From the NCBI GenBank assembly GCA_002104905.1, contig MCFE01000376.1, positions 20,517-84,516 on the forward strand: a stretch of DNA of 64,000 nucleotides, in the 5' to 3' direction. This DNA is from Basidiobolus meristosporus CBS 931.73. Lineage: Eukaryota; Fungi; Basidiobolomycota. Under the pieces are notes generated by a model, which ran no database searches, was not told the DNA's origin, and saw nothing but the letters and a program-made list of their open reading frames with translations. A program made the position numbers and the translations under genes. Shown in pieces: positions 41,385-53,549 of the stretch (position 1 is the stretch's first letter; each line of letters opens with the position of its first letter).

Positions 41385-43215
41385 ATGACTCTAGGTCCGA
41401 ATTCCTGGACGCCTGTTCCTGGGGCCTTTATTCAAAAAATTGGAAAAGGTATATCCACGCTTACTGAACGGAAGGACAAGAGTCTAACTTTGGTATCACC
41501 ATAGACGTTCATGCTTATAAGAACGAAATCGGTCCTAAGGCAGTGGTTGTCATGGGTATGCATTAGTGCACATAGAACACTGCAGCAAAGCCCCCACTAA
41601 CCCCTCTATTAGTCGGCTTGCCGGCTCGAGGCAAAAGCTACATAGTCAAAAAGCTCAAGCGTTATATATCCTGGTTAGGCTTTAAAACCAAGGTAGACAC
41701 GCACCGTTGGCCTACTAGTGTCTGTGGGGTCGGGTCTAAAACATTTCTTGCGCAGGTGTTTAACGTCGGGAACAGAAGGAGAACATGCGCAGCGGAGACT
41801 CAAGTGAAGACCGGCTGTGTGCAGAACCATACTTCAGATTTTTTCAACCCCAACAATGAAGACGCAAGGTCTTTGCGGGATCAACTTGCCATGGATACCC
41901 TGGAAGAAGTGATATCTTGGCTAAACGACGGAGGAAAAGTGGGGATCTTAGGTTCGGGCTATTGAGAATGCCTTCCCTCCTTCCGTGAGATACTGACGAT
42001 TTGCTTCGATAGATGCCACGAACTCCACCAAGGAAAGAAGGTAAGCATATCTGCAAAGTGTGTGGCGGCTGTTGGAAACTAATTGGTCGATCACTTGCCA
42101 GACAAAGAATCATGGATCGCTGCTCCCGGGAGAGCGATATCAACATTTTGTTTGTGGAAAGCATATGCACCGATCCGGAAGTGTTGGCTAGGAACATGCA
42201 GCTCAAGCTCTCCGGGCCCGACTATAAAAACCAGCAGTCAGACTCTGCGCTCCGAGACTTCCAAGCGCGTGTAGCCAACTACGAGCGTGCCTACGAAACC
42301 ATCGACGACTCGGAGGATGAGGATATCCAATACTGTAAAATTATTAATGTTGGCAAGAAGGTACGACCTGGAGTGGCTGTCCTTTCGGACCGTTTAATAA
42401 TTTGGCAGTTCTAGGTCATCGCCCATAATATCCAAACCTTTTTGGCTGGTCAGTGTGTATTTTATCTTATGAATATGAATTTGGCAGCCAGGCAGATCTG
42501 GCTAACCCGTCACGGCGAAAGTCTGGACAATCAAGTTGGCAAGATTGGTGGAGATGCCCCGGTAAAACATACAGCAGCCAAAATTATCCGATCCAACCGT
42601 CACTTACATTTACTTTTATGTCAGCTCTCTTCCGCTGGTCGTGAATATGCGGAAGCGCTGTCTACATTTATGGCTGAGCAGCAGCGGGATTTCCGATGCG
42701 CAGAAACCGGGAAACCACCCCAGTTGACTGTCTGGACCAGTATGCTGCAGCGCGCCATCGAGACTGCCGAACACTTCAATCCCCACGAATTCGACATCAA
42801 ACATATGAAATTCTTGAACGAAATCTACGCCGGGATTTGCGAAGGCATGACCTACGAAGAAATCCAGCAGACATACCCCGAGGAGTTCAAGGCCCGCTCG
42901 GCGAACAAATTTTACTACAGGTACCCGGGCATGGGCGGCGAAAGCTACTGTGATGTCATTCAGAGGCTCTGTCCAGTGATTGTGGAACTGGAGCGCACAA
43001 GAAACAGCGTCCTTATCGTGACACATCGGGCGCTTATGCGCACTTTGCTGGCCTACTTGATGGACATCCCGCTTAGACAGATGACCAAACTGGATATCCC
43101 CCTGAATACTGTGTACTGCATAGAGCCCAAGCCTTACGGGAACGTGTTGACCAAGTATCAGTATTCACATGACACAAAGACATTCCATCAACTTGAAAGT
43201 GACGAAACAATGTAA
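41385..43215 (+). CDS. 6-phosphofructo-2-kinase / fructose-2,6-bisphosphatase
   Basis: GLPARGKSY, VFNVGNRRR, DATNST, LFVESIC, IWLTRHGES, LNEIYAG, ESYCDV...RL, LIVTH. Confidence 0.93.
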
Positions 43216-43624
43216 ATACCCGCGAATCCTCTCATCTTGTCAACGCACGGATAAATCATTTTTGCTGATATGATCCATTTGTGTGTTGTCCCAAGTGTTG
43301 TCCGTGCCAAGTAAAAACATTCGATGATGATCCACCCAGGGTTTCCTAAACAGTATCGGATCATGGTAACATGCGGACGGCCGAATTGATCCTATGCTCC
43401 GAACCACCATCTAGACACTTCTACCCAAGTTAGTGGATTGAATTGCTAATCATTCGAGTGCTATAACCGGATTATTTATTAAGTTGTTATAAATAATTGA
43501 ATCATGAAAAATCAAAATACTAGAAGAACGGCCATTTTACATGAGAAATACCATCGGCATTAAAATAATGTGTAATGTAGTGTAACATTAGAGTACCACG
43601 GGGTATCCAATGTGAGGGGGGAAA

Positions 43625-45037
43625 TTATTCCTTGCGAGCATAGGTACGTCTGAATTTCTCGTCAACTTGGGTCAAGTAGTAGGTACCTGGGAACATGTCA
43701 TCGATATCACCAACTGGAGTGTAGTTCTTCAACTGGTGGGTGTCCTCACGCAACTTCATGGTGTTGGCAAAGTCAGCAGGTGCCACAGCAGTACGAGTTT
43801 CAAGGCGGTTCTTGACGTTGAGTTGCTTAGCAATATTCTCGGTAGAGTCAACAACGCGGAAGGAAAGCATGGTGGCTGATGAGCCGGAACCATAGGAGAA
43901 GAGTGCAATACGCTTATCCTTCAAGTCAGCGTAAGGGGTTTCCGAGAGTAGGGAAGTTAAGCAACCATACACGGATCCACTGTACATGTTTCCGACATTC
44001 TTGGCTGCCAACAAGGAAGGAGTAACTTTCTTGGCATACTCCTCCTTGGTGGAGTCAATGAAGGCTTTCTCAACTTGCTTGTTGGTATAGGTTTCCTCAA
44101 GAGTGAGATCTTTGAATTGTTGAAGATCGGCATACTTGGCTTCGCTGGGGTTGGCAAGGAAATCGTGTAGTCCCAGACGACCGAATGACTTGAGCACAAG
44201 CTTGGTATAGGGGGAGTGGAAGACCATGTAGTCGATGTCCTTAAGACCGGGCTTCTCCAAGTTTTCCTTTTTGGCAAGTCTGCTCATATAGCGTTGGTAG
44301 CAGTGATCAAGAGCACGAAGATAGCAGACCACGGAAAGGTGACCATCTACCTCAGGGAATTCGGAAGACAAATCTGGCTTGTAGAAGTCATAGACGTGCT
44401 CCATATGAGTACCACGGAGACCTCTTTCAACGACAATAGGGGCATCAGGGCCAACCAAGATAGCAACAGCAGCAGCACCACCAGTGGGTCTAGCTGGACC
44501 AGTAGCATAGATGGCGATATCGGCAGCGACAACTAAAGCGTAACGACCATCCCAGGAGGAGGACTCGACCCAGTTGATGGCGTTGGAGAGAGCAGCGGTA
44601 CCACCGTAACAGGCGTTGGTAGTATCAATACCTTCAATTTCGGTATTTCCGGACTCAGCAAAGAGCTGCATGAGAACAGTCTTGACAGACTTGGCCTTAT
44701 CGATGATAGTCTCGGTACCAACTTCCAAACGACCGATTTGATCGTAGGAGATGTTGTACTTCTCAAGCAAGGCTTGGACAGCGGTTAGCGAGATGGAGTG
44801 AATGTCCTCACGGTCATCGCAGAAGCCCATCTTGGTTTGTCCAAGACCGATGGTGTATTTTCCAGCGGAGACACCGTCAAATTGCTCCAATTCAGTCTGG
44901 TCTACGTACTACAAAAAATAACTGTTACGGTACGTTCACTTAGCAAGCAACAAAACCTATGCAGATACCTTCTTAGGAAAGTAGATTTCCATGGCTTTAA
45001 TGCCAACATTATGAGGATAGGTGTGAACGCCGTTCAT
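43625..45037 (-). CDS. ERG13: Hydroxymethylglutaryl-CoA synthase
   Basis: VGIKAMEIYFP, GKYTIGLGQ, EGIDTTNACYGGTAA, YDFYKP, FHSPYTKLV, GNMYSGS, FSYGSG. Confidence 0.97.
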
Positions 45038-45956
45038 GTCGAGATCAAGTCAGAAGGTTAAGAGAAGTCAGCAACCAAGATGGTAAACCGGGATTGATGC
45101 AATAAGAGGGAAAATTAAGTTATAAATGGATGTGAAATTAGAGGTAACGCTGCCCAAAATATTGACCTTATCAAGTGGGGAAATCTATCCCCAATCTTTA
45201 TCAAATAATATTTGAAAATCACGATAAATTTGTTGAACTAGATTCTTCCAATTAGGAACCCATTTGGGAACCCAGGCTTATTTTGTCCATATCTTTTTCC
45301 TATTTTTGTCTTCAACTATCTGCATATATTAGATTGGATTCCACATATGTGTGCATACTTGGGACTGAGATGAGTAGCTTGGGGCAGAGTCTCTCCATCT
45401 TGGCAATACGTGTGTATAGGTGTTTGGGTTGACTGATGGCTACCCGTAAATGTAAAGGTATAGGAGAGGCGTTCGCAATTGCCATCCGTAATTGTAATGG
45501 TACAGCAGAGGCTCGATTGGGATTTCTGGTGCATACAACCAGCCACAAAATAGGGAAGTTATACAGGATATATCATGGCGTGACACGGGCTTCTTTTCTG
45601 CCTAAATTGTGATTTCGTTTGATAAATTAGCATGCACTCATTCATTAGTTCACATGCACTTGAACGAAGTCTATTTGCTCCTCCACATCAGACATTAAAG
45701 GGGTGTTACCATCCAAAATGCTCTTGTTTCTGCTTAAACATGCTCGCTTTGCTTAAATCATGCTTAAAATGATGGCCAAAGCTGCTCATCTGTTAATATC
45801 GGCAAGCTCCTTAGACTATAGATCCGACAAGCACGATATCTCATTTAATGCTTCTTCCTTTGAGTGAGCATTTGATGATTAGGCAGGCATCTGTGTCGAT
45901 CTCAGTTTGGCTTTGGGGTGCGCTCACATGCATATAATCCCAGAACTGGGTGGCCT

Positions 45957-46757
45957 TCAATGTTTGTTTGAAGCTACATTGTCAAAAACATCGCTACCGT
46001 GTTGTTTCATCAGCTTAATGAAAGTGTAAGCGATAATGTCTACTAAAGAGAGGCTCTCCCCGATGTAGTGCCCATTCGCATTCTTTACCAATTGCTTTTC
46101 ATAGTAGTTAATAAGTTCTGCGGCGAAGGCTTTATACATATGTCTGGCAGCTTCTTTAGCTTCCTCGGTCTTTTCTTTCGGAATATGAACGAAGTAGTCT
46201 ATTAAAGTTGCCCAGCCCTCAGAAAAGTTACCAATCAAGGCTGACTCCCGCTCATTGGAGCCGAGGAGATCTAAATTGCCCATCAAATTAGTCAAGTCAG
46301 CTTCTCAAGTAAAATGGTCGACAGTCACCGAATTTACGAGCAAGATAACGTTCTATAGCATGACTTTCGCTAAGGCGGAATTCCTAACAGTGCCATAAGA
46401 ATATTTTTACAGTAGTAGGGTATCAAATCCTCCTACTGAGCCATCCTCTAGGTATTTGATCAACACTGGGAGGTGACCCAAAGGAGTAGCCCGCTTATCC
46501 TCGGTCCAATTCTGAGAGCTATATTAGCCAGCAAACTAATCCACAGAGTAACTAAAAACATATTACTTACAGTAGGGTGGCGTTCAGTCCTCTTTACCTA
46601 GTTAACAGCAAGCCGGCATTTCAGTATATAACACAAGGGCAGGTTTTATAGAAATGCTGCGTTACCTTACCATATTGAAGTAAAAGCGAATTACCTCGCC
46701 ACGACCAGCAGTGGGGAAGTAAAAAAGTTCGTATCGGTTTGTGTTCGAGGCTGACAT
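45957..46757 (-). CDS. Glutathione S-transferase (sigma-like), C-terminus possibly truncated
   Basis: YELFYFPTAGRGEVIR, TPLGHLPVL, RLSESHAIERYLARKF, HYIGESLSLVDIIAY; several short introns. Confidence 0.8.
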
Positions 46758-47065
46758 TGCTTGGCGGAATGGTCACAATGGGAGTAGTGTGGCTCAATTT
46801 TAATCACGTAATGGAACTTACTGGTAGCTTCGTTATAGTGATTGCATAATTTATCATAATAGTTGTGTTAATAGAGATTGCGTAATGCATGTACACGGGC
46901 ATCCTCCCTTCACTATGGTCAGTAATCATTTTATTATGTGTATTAATCCATTCGTGTGTATATTTATTGATACGCCATAATGTTCGGTTTACTGTTTCCT
47001 ATGATCAATTTTCACTATTATCAGCTCCACTTGCACACCGCTACTTGCTGCTGCTTTCCATTTCT

Positions 47066-47596
47066 ATGAAGATACACATATTTGGCGCTTCTGGCGCAGG
47101 TTCCACCACACAGGGCAAAGCCTTGTCTAACGTATTAAATATCCCATACTTTGATAGTGATAGTTATTATTGGCTACCTTCCAACCCTCCATACACAATT
47201 GAAAGAGAGAAGGAACAAAGGAATCAGCTACTCAAATCCGATTTGGCAAAACAAGAAAGCTGGATAGTTGGTGGTTCCCTGGTCCATTGGGGTGAGGAAT
47301 GGTCCACTGCATTTGACATTGCTGTTTTTCTCTATATCCCATCACAGATAAGACTGGAAAGGCTTAAAGTAAGAGAGTATGAGCGTTACGGAGAGGCCAT
47401 GTTTACTGATCCAGTAACAAAGCGTATTTCTGATGAATTCCTGGAATGGTCAGCCAGATATGACACTGGATCACCTGGAAGAAGCCTGGCTTTACATGAA
47501 GCATGGATACAACGACTCCATTGCCCAGTACTAACCATTAAAGAGGACCTTTCTGTTGATAGAAGAACAGAGTTGATTCTAGACATGCTCAAATAA
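47066..47596 (+). CDS. Bacterial-type adenylate-kinase-related / FlaR-like P-loop kinase, intronless
   Basis: MKIHIFGASGAGSTT, FDSDSYYW, WIVGGSL, VFLYIP...RLERLKVRE..RYG, FLEWSARYD, RSLALHEAWI; matches a bacterial family as I recall it. Confidence 0.8.
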   Translation: MKIHIFGASGAGSTTQGKALSNVLNIPYFDSDSYYWLPSNPPYTIEREKEQRNQLLKSDLAKQESWIVGGSLVHWGEEWSTAFDIAVFLYIPSQIRLERLKVREYERYGEAMFTDPVTKRISDEFLEWSARYDTGSPGRSLALHEAWIQRLHCPVLTIKEDLSVDRRTELILDMLK

Positions 47597-47718
47597 CATT
47601 ATTTCTCAAGTGAACATCTAAATTGGAGGGTGTTCAGAATGCTGTATCTACAGTTTTAAATAGGTTTCCAACAGTTTTGAATCAGATCTGGTGAGCATTT
47701 GGTTTGGTGTTTGTTTGT

Positions 47719-48052
47719 TGTTGTAAAAATTCGGAATTCCACCTAAATATTCACCTAACTTAGTCACTTAGATCATTACCTTCAAATCCTAGAGAATACT
47801 GACCAAATTCCTTGGTGGAATTTACTTAGAATATTTACCCAGAACATGAAAATTAGATAAGTTGTCCAAACAGCCCCAAACTTTGCACACATGTTCTTGG
47901 GACCTTCCTTAACCTATTCTATGTGCTTGTTATGCCAAGACCAGGTAAAAGTATAGAATACTACTTGTACATTCAATAAATCATTAAGTGAAAACCACAA
48001 AATCTACTTGTCCTCCCAAATCACTTCCAATATCTCCAAGACTCTTACAACA
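47719..48052 (+). mobile_element. Solo Ty1/Copia LTR, 334 bp, with 5-bp target-site duplication TTTGT
   Basis: Begins TGTTG, ends CAACA; TTTGT at 47714-47718 and 48053-48057; near-identical to the LTR preceding PBS and gag at 52623. Confidence 0.9.
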
Positions 48053-48162
48053 TTTGTAATCTATCCTATTTTTGATTTGTTAGATTATCAGAGTGCTCAT
48101 GTTGATTAATAGTGCAGATAACAGTTAACCTTTTTTTAAGCAACAGCCCATCACCCAGAGAA

Positions 48163-48512
48163 TGCTGTAAGAGTCTTGGAGATATTGGAAGTGATTTGGG
48201 AGGACAAGTAGATTTTGTGGTTTTCACTTAATGGTTTATTGAATGTAAAAGTAGTATTTATGCTTTTACATGGTCTTGGCATAACTAACATGTAGAATAT
48301 GCTAACAAAGGTCTCAAGAACATGTGTCCAAAGTTTAGGGCTGTTTGGTCAACTTATCTAACTTTCATGATCTGGGTACCTGATGTTTTGGTGAAAATAT
48401 TCCAAGTAAATCCCAACAAGGAATTTGGTCAGCATTCTTTGAGATTTGTAGGTAAGGATCTAAATAACTAAGTTGGGTGAATATTTAGGTGGAATTACAA
48501 ATTTTTACAACA
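48163..48512 (-). mobile_element. Solo Copia LTR in reverse orientation, 350 bp, with near-perfect TSD
   Basis: Reverse complement of the same family (TGTTG...CAGCA); flanks GAGAA and GAAAA differ at one base. Confidence 0.85.
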
Positions 48513-49057
48513 GAAAAGAACCAATATCTGTGATAAGTGAATCTACCAGCTCTCCCAATCACTTCAATCAAATACATCAGTGTGGATATTTTTCATTTTT
48601 CATTCCAATAAATAGCTCTGTGCTCACTGCTATGACAAGTAGGTCCAATACTGCCACTGGGCATAGAGTTGTAGCTTCCACTGAGAGGAGTAACTTCCTT
48701 CATTTTTGATTGACCAAGTGATTGTCAAGATGAAATGTGGAAAAGCTGAATATCTCTTATAGAAAGCATGTGGATGATAATACAAGTAGGTATTGTTATG
48801 TAAACAAGTGGCACTTTGGGATAAAGCAAGAGTTCCATAGCAAACTTGTATACTAAAAAATATCCACAAGTAATACCAAGTTCTACAATATATAGCAGTG
48901 ATTAGTACCAGATTTATAATATAGAGCTAAATAGCAAAAGTTAAGGGTCTGAATATATGAGTGGCATAAATAGTGGAGGAAAACAAATTAATAGCACAAT
49001 CTTTAGTATTAGTGCCACCTAGAGATAAACCACCAGTTGTACTTAGCATGTAACCAT

Positions 49058-49396
49058 TGTTGCAATGTTTGCAATCCTCCTAAATACTGACCTAACTTAG
49101 TCACTTAAAGCATTACCTACAAATCTTAGAGAATACTGACTAAATTTTTGTATGGACTTAAAATATTTTCACCAAAATATCAGGTACCCAGAACATGAAG
49201 ATTCTCAAGGTTGACCAAACAGCCCAAACTTTGCACACTTGCTCTTGGGACCTGCCTAAAGATATTCTATGTGCTTGTTTTGCCAAGAATGGGCAAAGTA
49301 TAAAACTACTTTTACATTCAATAAATCATCAAGTGAAAACCACATAATCTACTTGTTCTCCCAATCACTTCCAGTATCCCCAAAACTCTTACAGCA
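49058..49396 (+). mobile_element. Older solo Copia LTR of the same family
   Basis: TGTTGCAATG...cctaacttagtcactt...cccaaactttgcacac...actcttacagca; no matching TSD. Confidence 0.8.
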
Positions 49397-49639
49397 ATTA
49401 CAAGTGCACTTGACACCAAAGCAAGTATTAATAGCAAGTTATGATAATATACTTGACAAATATGTATATTCACACTATGTTTGTCCACAACAGAGTTTTA
49501 TGATGCACACCATCAACCAGAAGCAATATGAGCTTGGCTGAAATATGATCTTCACACTTGTATAAGTATAAAGTGCAGGGGTATTGTGGCATAATGGTAT
49601 TTGATATCTACTCAACAGACAGAGAAGTAATTGGTTATC

Positions 49640-50030
49640 AATATTCTCAAACTGATCCAAAAGCCCCAAACTTTGCATACAGCTTCCTGGGGCCTTTCAC
49701 AAAATACCCTTATCATTAGTATTACAAAGTTCCCCTAACAGTACAATTACCTTATTTGAGCTCAATAAAATAGCAAGTGACTATCATACAAATCTTCTAG
49801 CTCTGCAAGTCACTTCCAATACTCCATAGAATCTTGGAACAGATCATGTATATCTAAAAAGAACATACTTCTTCTCCATTGCTACAAAGAAAATCATGAG
49901 CCAACAGTCCAGCTACCCAAAAACCCCCATGTATTATGTTCTTGTTGTGCGGGTTTTGTACATGTTATAAGTGATTGGGAGAACTTGTAGAATACGTGGT
50001 CTTCACTTATTGAAATGTTGAGCGCAGATT
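49640..50030. mobile_element. Highly decayed LTR fragments (one on +, one on -)
   Basis: agccccaaactttgcatac and gtcacttccaatactcc on +; aagtgattgggagaacttgtag...ttcacttattga on -. Confidence 0.55.
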
Positions 50031-50063
50031 CGCAATAAAATGAATTTATGGCGATACTCAGTC

Positions 50064-51608
50064 TCATGAACAACGGAACTTAGTAAGTGCCTCGACAACC
50101 TCCTTAGCACCTCTATCCCCTGACCTCACCGCTCCCTCCATATACCCTTTCCATTGTAGTGAAGTCTCTGTCCCCACAAAATGGATATTCCCAAATGGCA
50201 CCCTGAGAGCATTCCCGCTAACCTGAGAAAGGACACCTGGTGGCGAAGCAGCCAAAGGCCCCCCAAGGAAAAACTCCTGCTTCGTCCATTCATACTCCAG
50301 CACATTGATGGGCTCTGGGACCTGGATCTTTTCTCCAGAGGGTAGGTTTGCATTCTCAAATGCTGAGCAAAGTTGCACCCACGCGGTCCGACGTCTCTCA
50401 TCCTGCGATAGAAGGGACCACTCACGACCGCGGCGTCCCACGGTAAAACAGCTGATGGACCACTGCTCGTCATCTGGGAAGCTGTTATCCATGGCAAAGA
50501 GGAAGGGTCCCACCTTTGATTGGATGTGGCCTGTGAGGCCGGCGGTTTGCCAGAAAGGTTCGGCAAAGACAAAGATGATCTTGCTGTAGTAGCCGAGGAT
50601 GTTTTCTCTGGCCAGACGCTGTTTGTCTTCGGGCAGAGGTGGGGTGAAAGTGACTGTTTTGTAAAGAGGAGTGGCGATAGAGAGAATGACTTTCTTTGCC
50701 TGGAACGTCGTGCCGTGTGCTGTGTAGACGGTGCACGTTCCTGTACCCGGGTCCTGTTTGATTTCGGTTACAGGTGTTGAGAGGTAGAGGGAATCTGGCT
50801 TTAGTTCTGCGGCCATTTTTTGGGAGAAAGTTTGAGTGCCTTTGGCATGTGGTTAGCTTTCTATGGTTCGTATATATAGTAAGTGGGAGATTTCTTACCT
50901 TGTCGCACACGGAGGTACTGACCTCCATCTTTACCGTCCGAGATCATAGCGGCGAGCCCAGTCCCGGTCTTACAAGAGTGCAAAAAGCTTAGCAAACTGA
51001 TATCCTTGCCTTCAATACCGATCAAAGACTGGTTGATGGCATCAAGTAGATCCGCAATCAATTTGGATTGGAAGGTCTGTACACAATATTCATGCAGAGT
51101 GACACTGTCTAGCTCCTTTGCATTAGGGCTTGAAATAGGATCCTCCAGGTTGACATTGGAAATGAGCTCCTGGAAATGCGCAAAGACTTGAGACAACACA
51201 GCCTGCTCGTCCTCACCCACCTTTGGACGTGTAAGTTGAATAGTAGGAGGCAACCACATGTGCTCTAATGGAACCTACCGGCTGTTCACCGTGTGTGAAT
51301 AAGATGCAGCCCTCCGGACTCTGTAAAATAGCTTGGCCCTTGTGTGCTTGAATCTCTACTTGCAAGCCATACTTCTGGACAAGTTTAAACATTTCGCTTT
51401 GAGTGGTGTCGTTGATCCAGGCGGCGCCAACATCGTTGACACCGGGTCCCCTTTTCTTGGAAGCCACAGTAAGTGTCTTTCCTCCCACACGATCTATGGC
51501 TTCAATTACGGCATAAGAGAGTCCTGCTGCTTGAATATGCAATGCTGCTCGTAGGCCACTAAGTCCTGCGCCGATAACTACTACATCCACGGTCTTGGGC
51601 GATGCCAT
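50064..51608 (-). CDS. Flavin-containing (mono)amine oxidase, two introns
   Basis: FAD motif VIGAGLSG...EAIDRVGGKT, DVGAAWIN, GGQYLRVRQG, GYYSKIIFVFAEPFW, IHFVGTETSLQWKGYMEGAVRSG. Confidence 0.92.
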
Positions 51609-52622
51609 TTTGGTAGGATGTCGTATGATGTGTATAATATAGAATGAGAGCCAGTGAAGGTGTTATAAATAAAATGCTTCTATTGACGTAATCCACCCGA
51701 GCAGAAAACACATGGCAATGTGATTGAGACATGGCGCTTGTACTACCACTAACAGTTGTTCCGCATATTGACTACAAATCAATTCTTATATTATTGGTGC
51801 ATGCAGTTTGGTAATTCCGCCTTGTCACTAAATTACGTGTACAGCTATGCAACCAAAGAATGAAGAATGAGAGGATCCTATTGGCATTGCAGAAATCAAA
51901 GTGATTACTTTCATCGAGGCTTTTCAGAAGTGCAAGTGTATGCTATGACTGCGTATCTTCATGACATCTGTCCTCTGCTTTTTGCTATTTGATGGTTGTA
52001 TTAATCTAATATTATCTCTTCTAATTCTTAAACCGTAAGCATTGCACATGGGAGTCAGCATGGACTTCTCTTTTGCAAACTGCCTCAATGGCAAATTTAC
52101 TTAACAGCATCATTGCAAATGCCATTGATCTTGCTATATGTTACTCTCAAATGTAAAGCAATACTCTTGACAGAAGCAAATTCTCTAGCATTAATTATAC
52201 AATGCACCTTTAATATTATCATTCTGTCAAAATTTCAAGGTAATGCAAGTATTGTATCCAAGAGAAAAGTGTAATAAAACTCCTGAATGGTTTAACTGAA
52301 CCAAAGGGATAATTAAGTGCAGTATCTTACAATTGACAGAGAGTGGCAGAAATATTAGCATAGTGATTCGCATCTAATATTTGTCTTGTAAATGGCTGGA
52401 TTTGGCTATAAGGGCAATGGAGTTGGTTTGCAATGCAGGCTAGGCTTGAGCAGAAACTAGAACAAAATTGGGGGGAATCTCAATTTTGCTGAGACACAAT
52501 CTTACTTTTGTTGAGACACACATTAAGCCAAAAGGCTCATTAAACTTTATTCATACTTTTCTATCAAGTCAAGTTAATAAGTGCCAACAGGCTGCATTAA
52601 TTGATATCAATTTGGGTGCTCA

Positions 52623-53076
52623 TGTTGTAAAAAATTTGTAATTCCACCTAAATATTCACCTAACTTAGTCACTTAGACCATTACCTTCAAATTGTAGAGA
52701 ATACTGACCAAATTCCTTGTTGGAATTTACTTAGAATATTTACCCAGAACATGAAAATTAGATAAGTTGTCCAAACATCCCCAAACTTTGCACACATGTT
52801 CTTGGGACCTTCCTTAACCTATTCTACATGTTTTTAATGCCAAGACCAGGTAAAAGTATAAAAACTACTTTACATTCAATATATCATTAAGTGAAAAACT
52901 ACATAATAGGCTTGTTCCATTGTGCCATTGATCATAGTGCCAGAGAGTGCTGTATATTTTGTTTTTAATTTGATATTTTAGGGTCATATGCATGTCAATA
53001 TCAGCTGGAATGATGGAACAAGTCAATTTAACTTGCTCTCCCAATCACTTCCAATATCTCCAAGACTCATACAACA
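52623..53076 (+). mobile_element. 5' LTR of a truncated Ty1/Copia element, containing an internal insertion of about 115 bp
   Basis: TGTTG...CAACA; near-identical to 47719-48052 apart from extra sequence at about 52917-53030; directly followed by a PBS. Confidence 0.88.
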
Positions 53077-53087
53077 GGTTATGAGCC
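53077..53087 (+). promoter_or_regulatory. Copia primer-binding site (internal 'half-tRNA' iMet type)
   Basis: GGTTATGAGCC immediately after the LTR-terminal CA; complementary to the iMet-tRNA anticodon arm, as in copia/Ty5-type elements. Confidence 0.8.
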
Positions 53088-53549
53088 GCAAGCTGTCACT
53101 CTCTGGAATGTCCAATACTGCTATTACTGGAATTTTCCCCTCTTCTGAAAAGTGGGATGGATCTAACTACCAAGTGTGGAAGGTGAAGATGAAGATGCTG
53201 CTACAAGAAAGAGGCCTTTGGGATATTGTCATGGGAGAAGAATGCCCTCCTAAAAACGTGGGAGAGGAAGCCTTAAAGTACCAGAAGAAAGAACATAGTG
53301 CCTTTAACTGCATTTGCCTTAATGTTAAGGACAAATTGCTAATTCAATACTCAAGAGCAAAAATGGCAAAGAATGCCTGGAAGACATTAGAAGACACCTA
53401 CCAGTCATGTTCAGCTGCTAAGAAAATGTATCTGAGACAAATATTCTTTACTACAAAGATGTAGCCAGGAGAAGAAATGAAAAATCTAATAACAGAATTA
53501 CCCTGCTGGTAGATGAGATGGAATCTGTGGGGGTACCAACTAATGATGA
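53081..53549 (+). pseudogene. Copia gag N-terminus, disrupted and truncated
   Basis: KWDGSNYQVWKVKMKMLLQERGLWDIV...AFNCICLNV...AKNAWKTLEDTY...KKMYLRQIFFTTKM*PGE; in-frame stop at 53462; ends abruptly at GGGTTAG. Confidence 0.85.

Noticed and set aside
46889-47065. 59-aa hydrophobic N-terminal extension on the kinase ORF
   Set aside because: Family similarity begins at MKIHIFG (47066); the upstream in-frame stretch is AT-rich and probably UTR.
47719-48512. MITE/foldback transposon with long terminal inverted repeats
   Set aside because: Each arm has its own TGTTG...CA ends and its own TSD, and the same sequence precedes a PBS and gag at 52623, so these are two solo LTRs.
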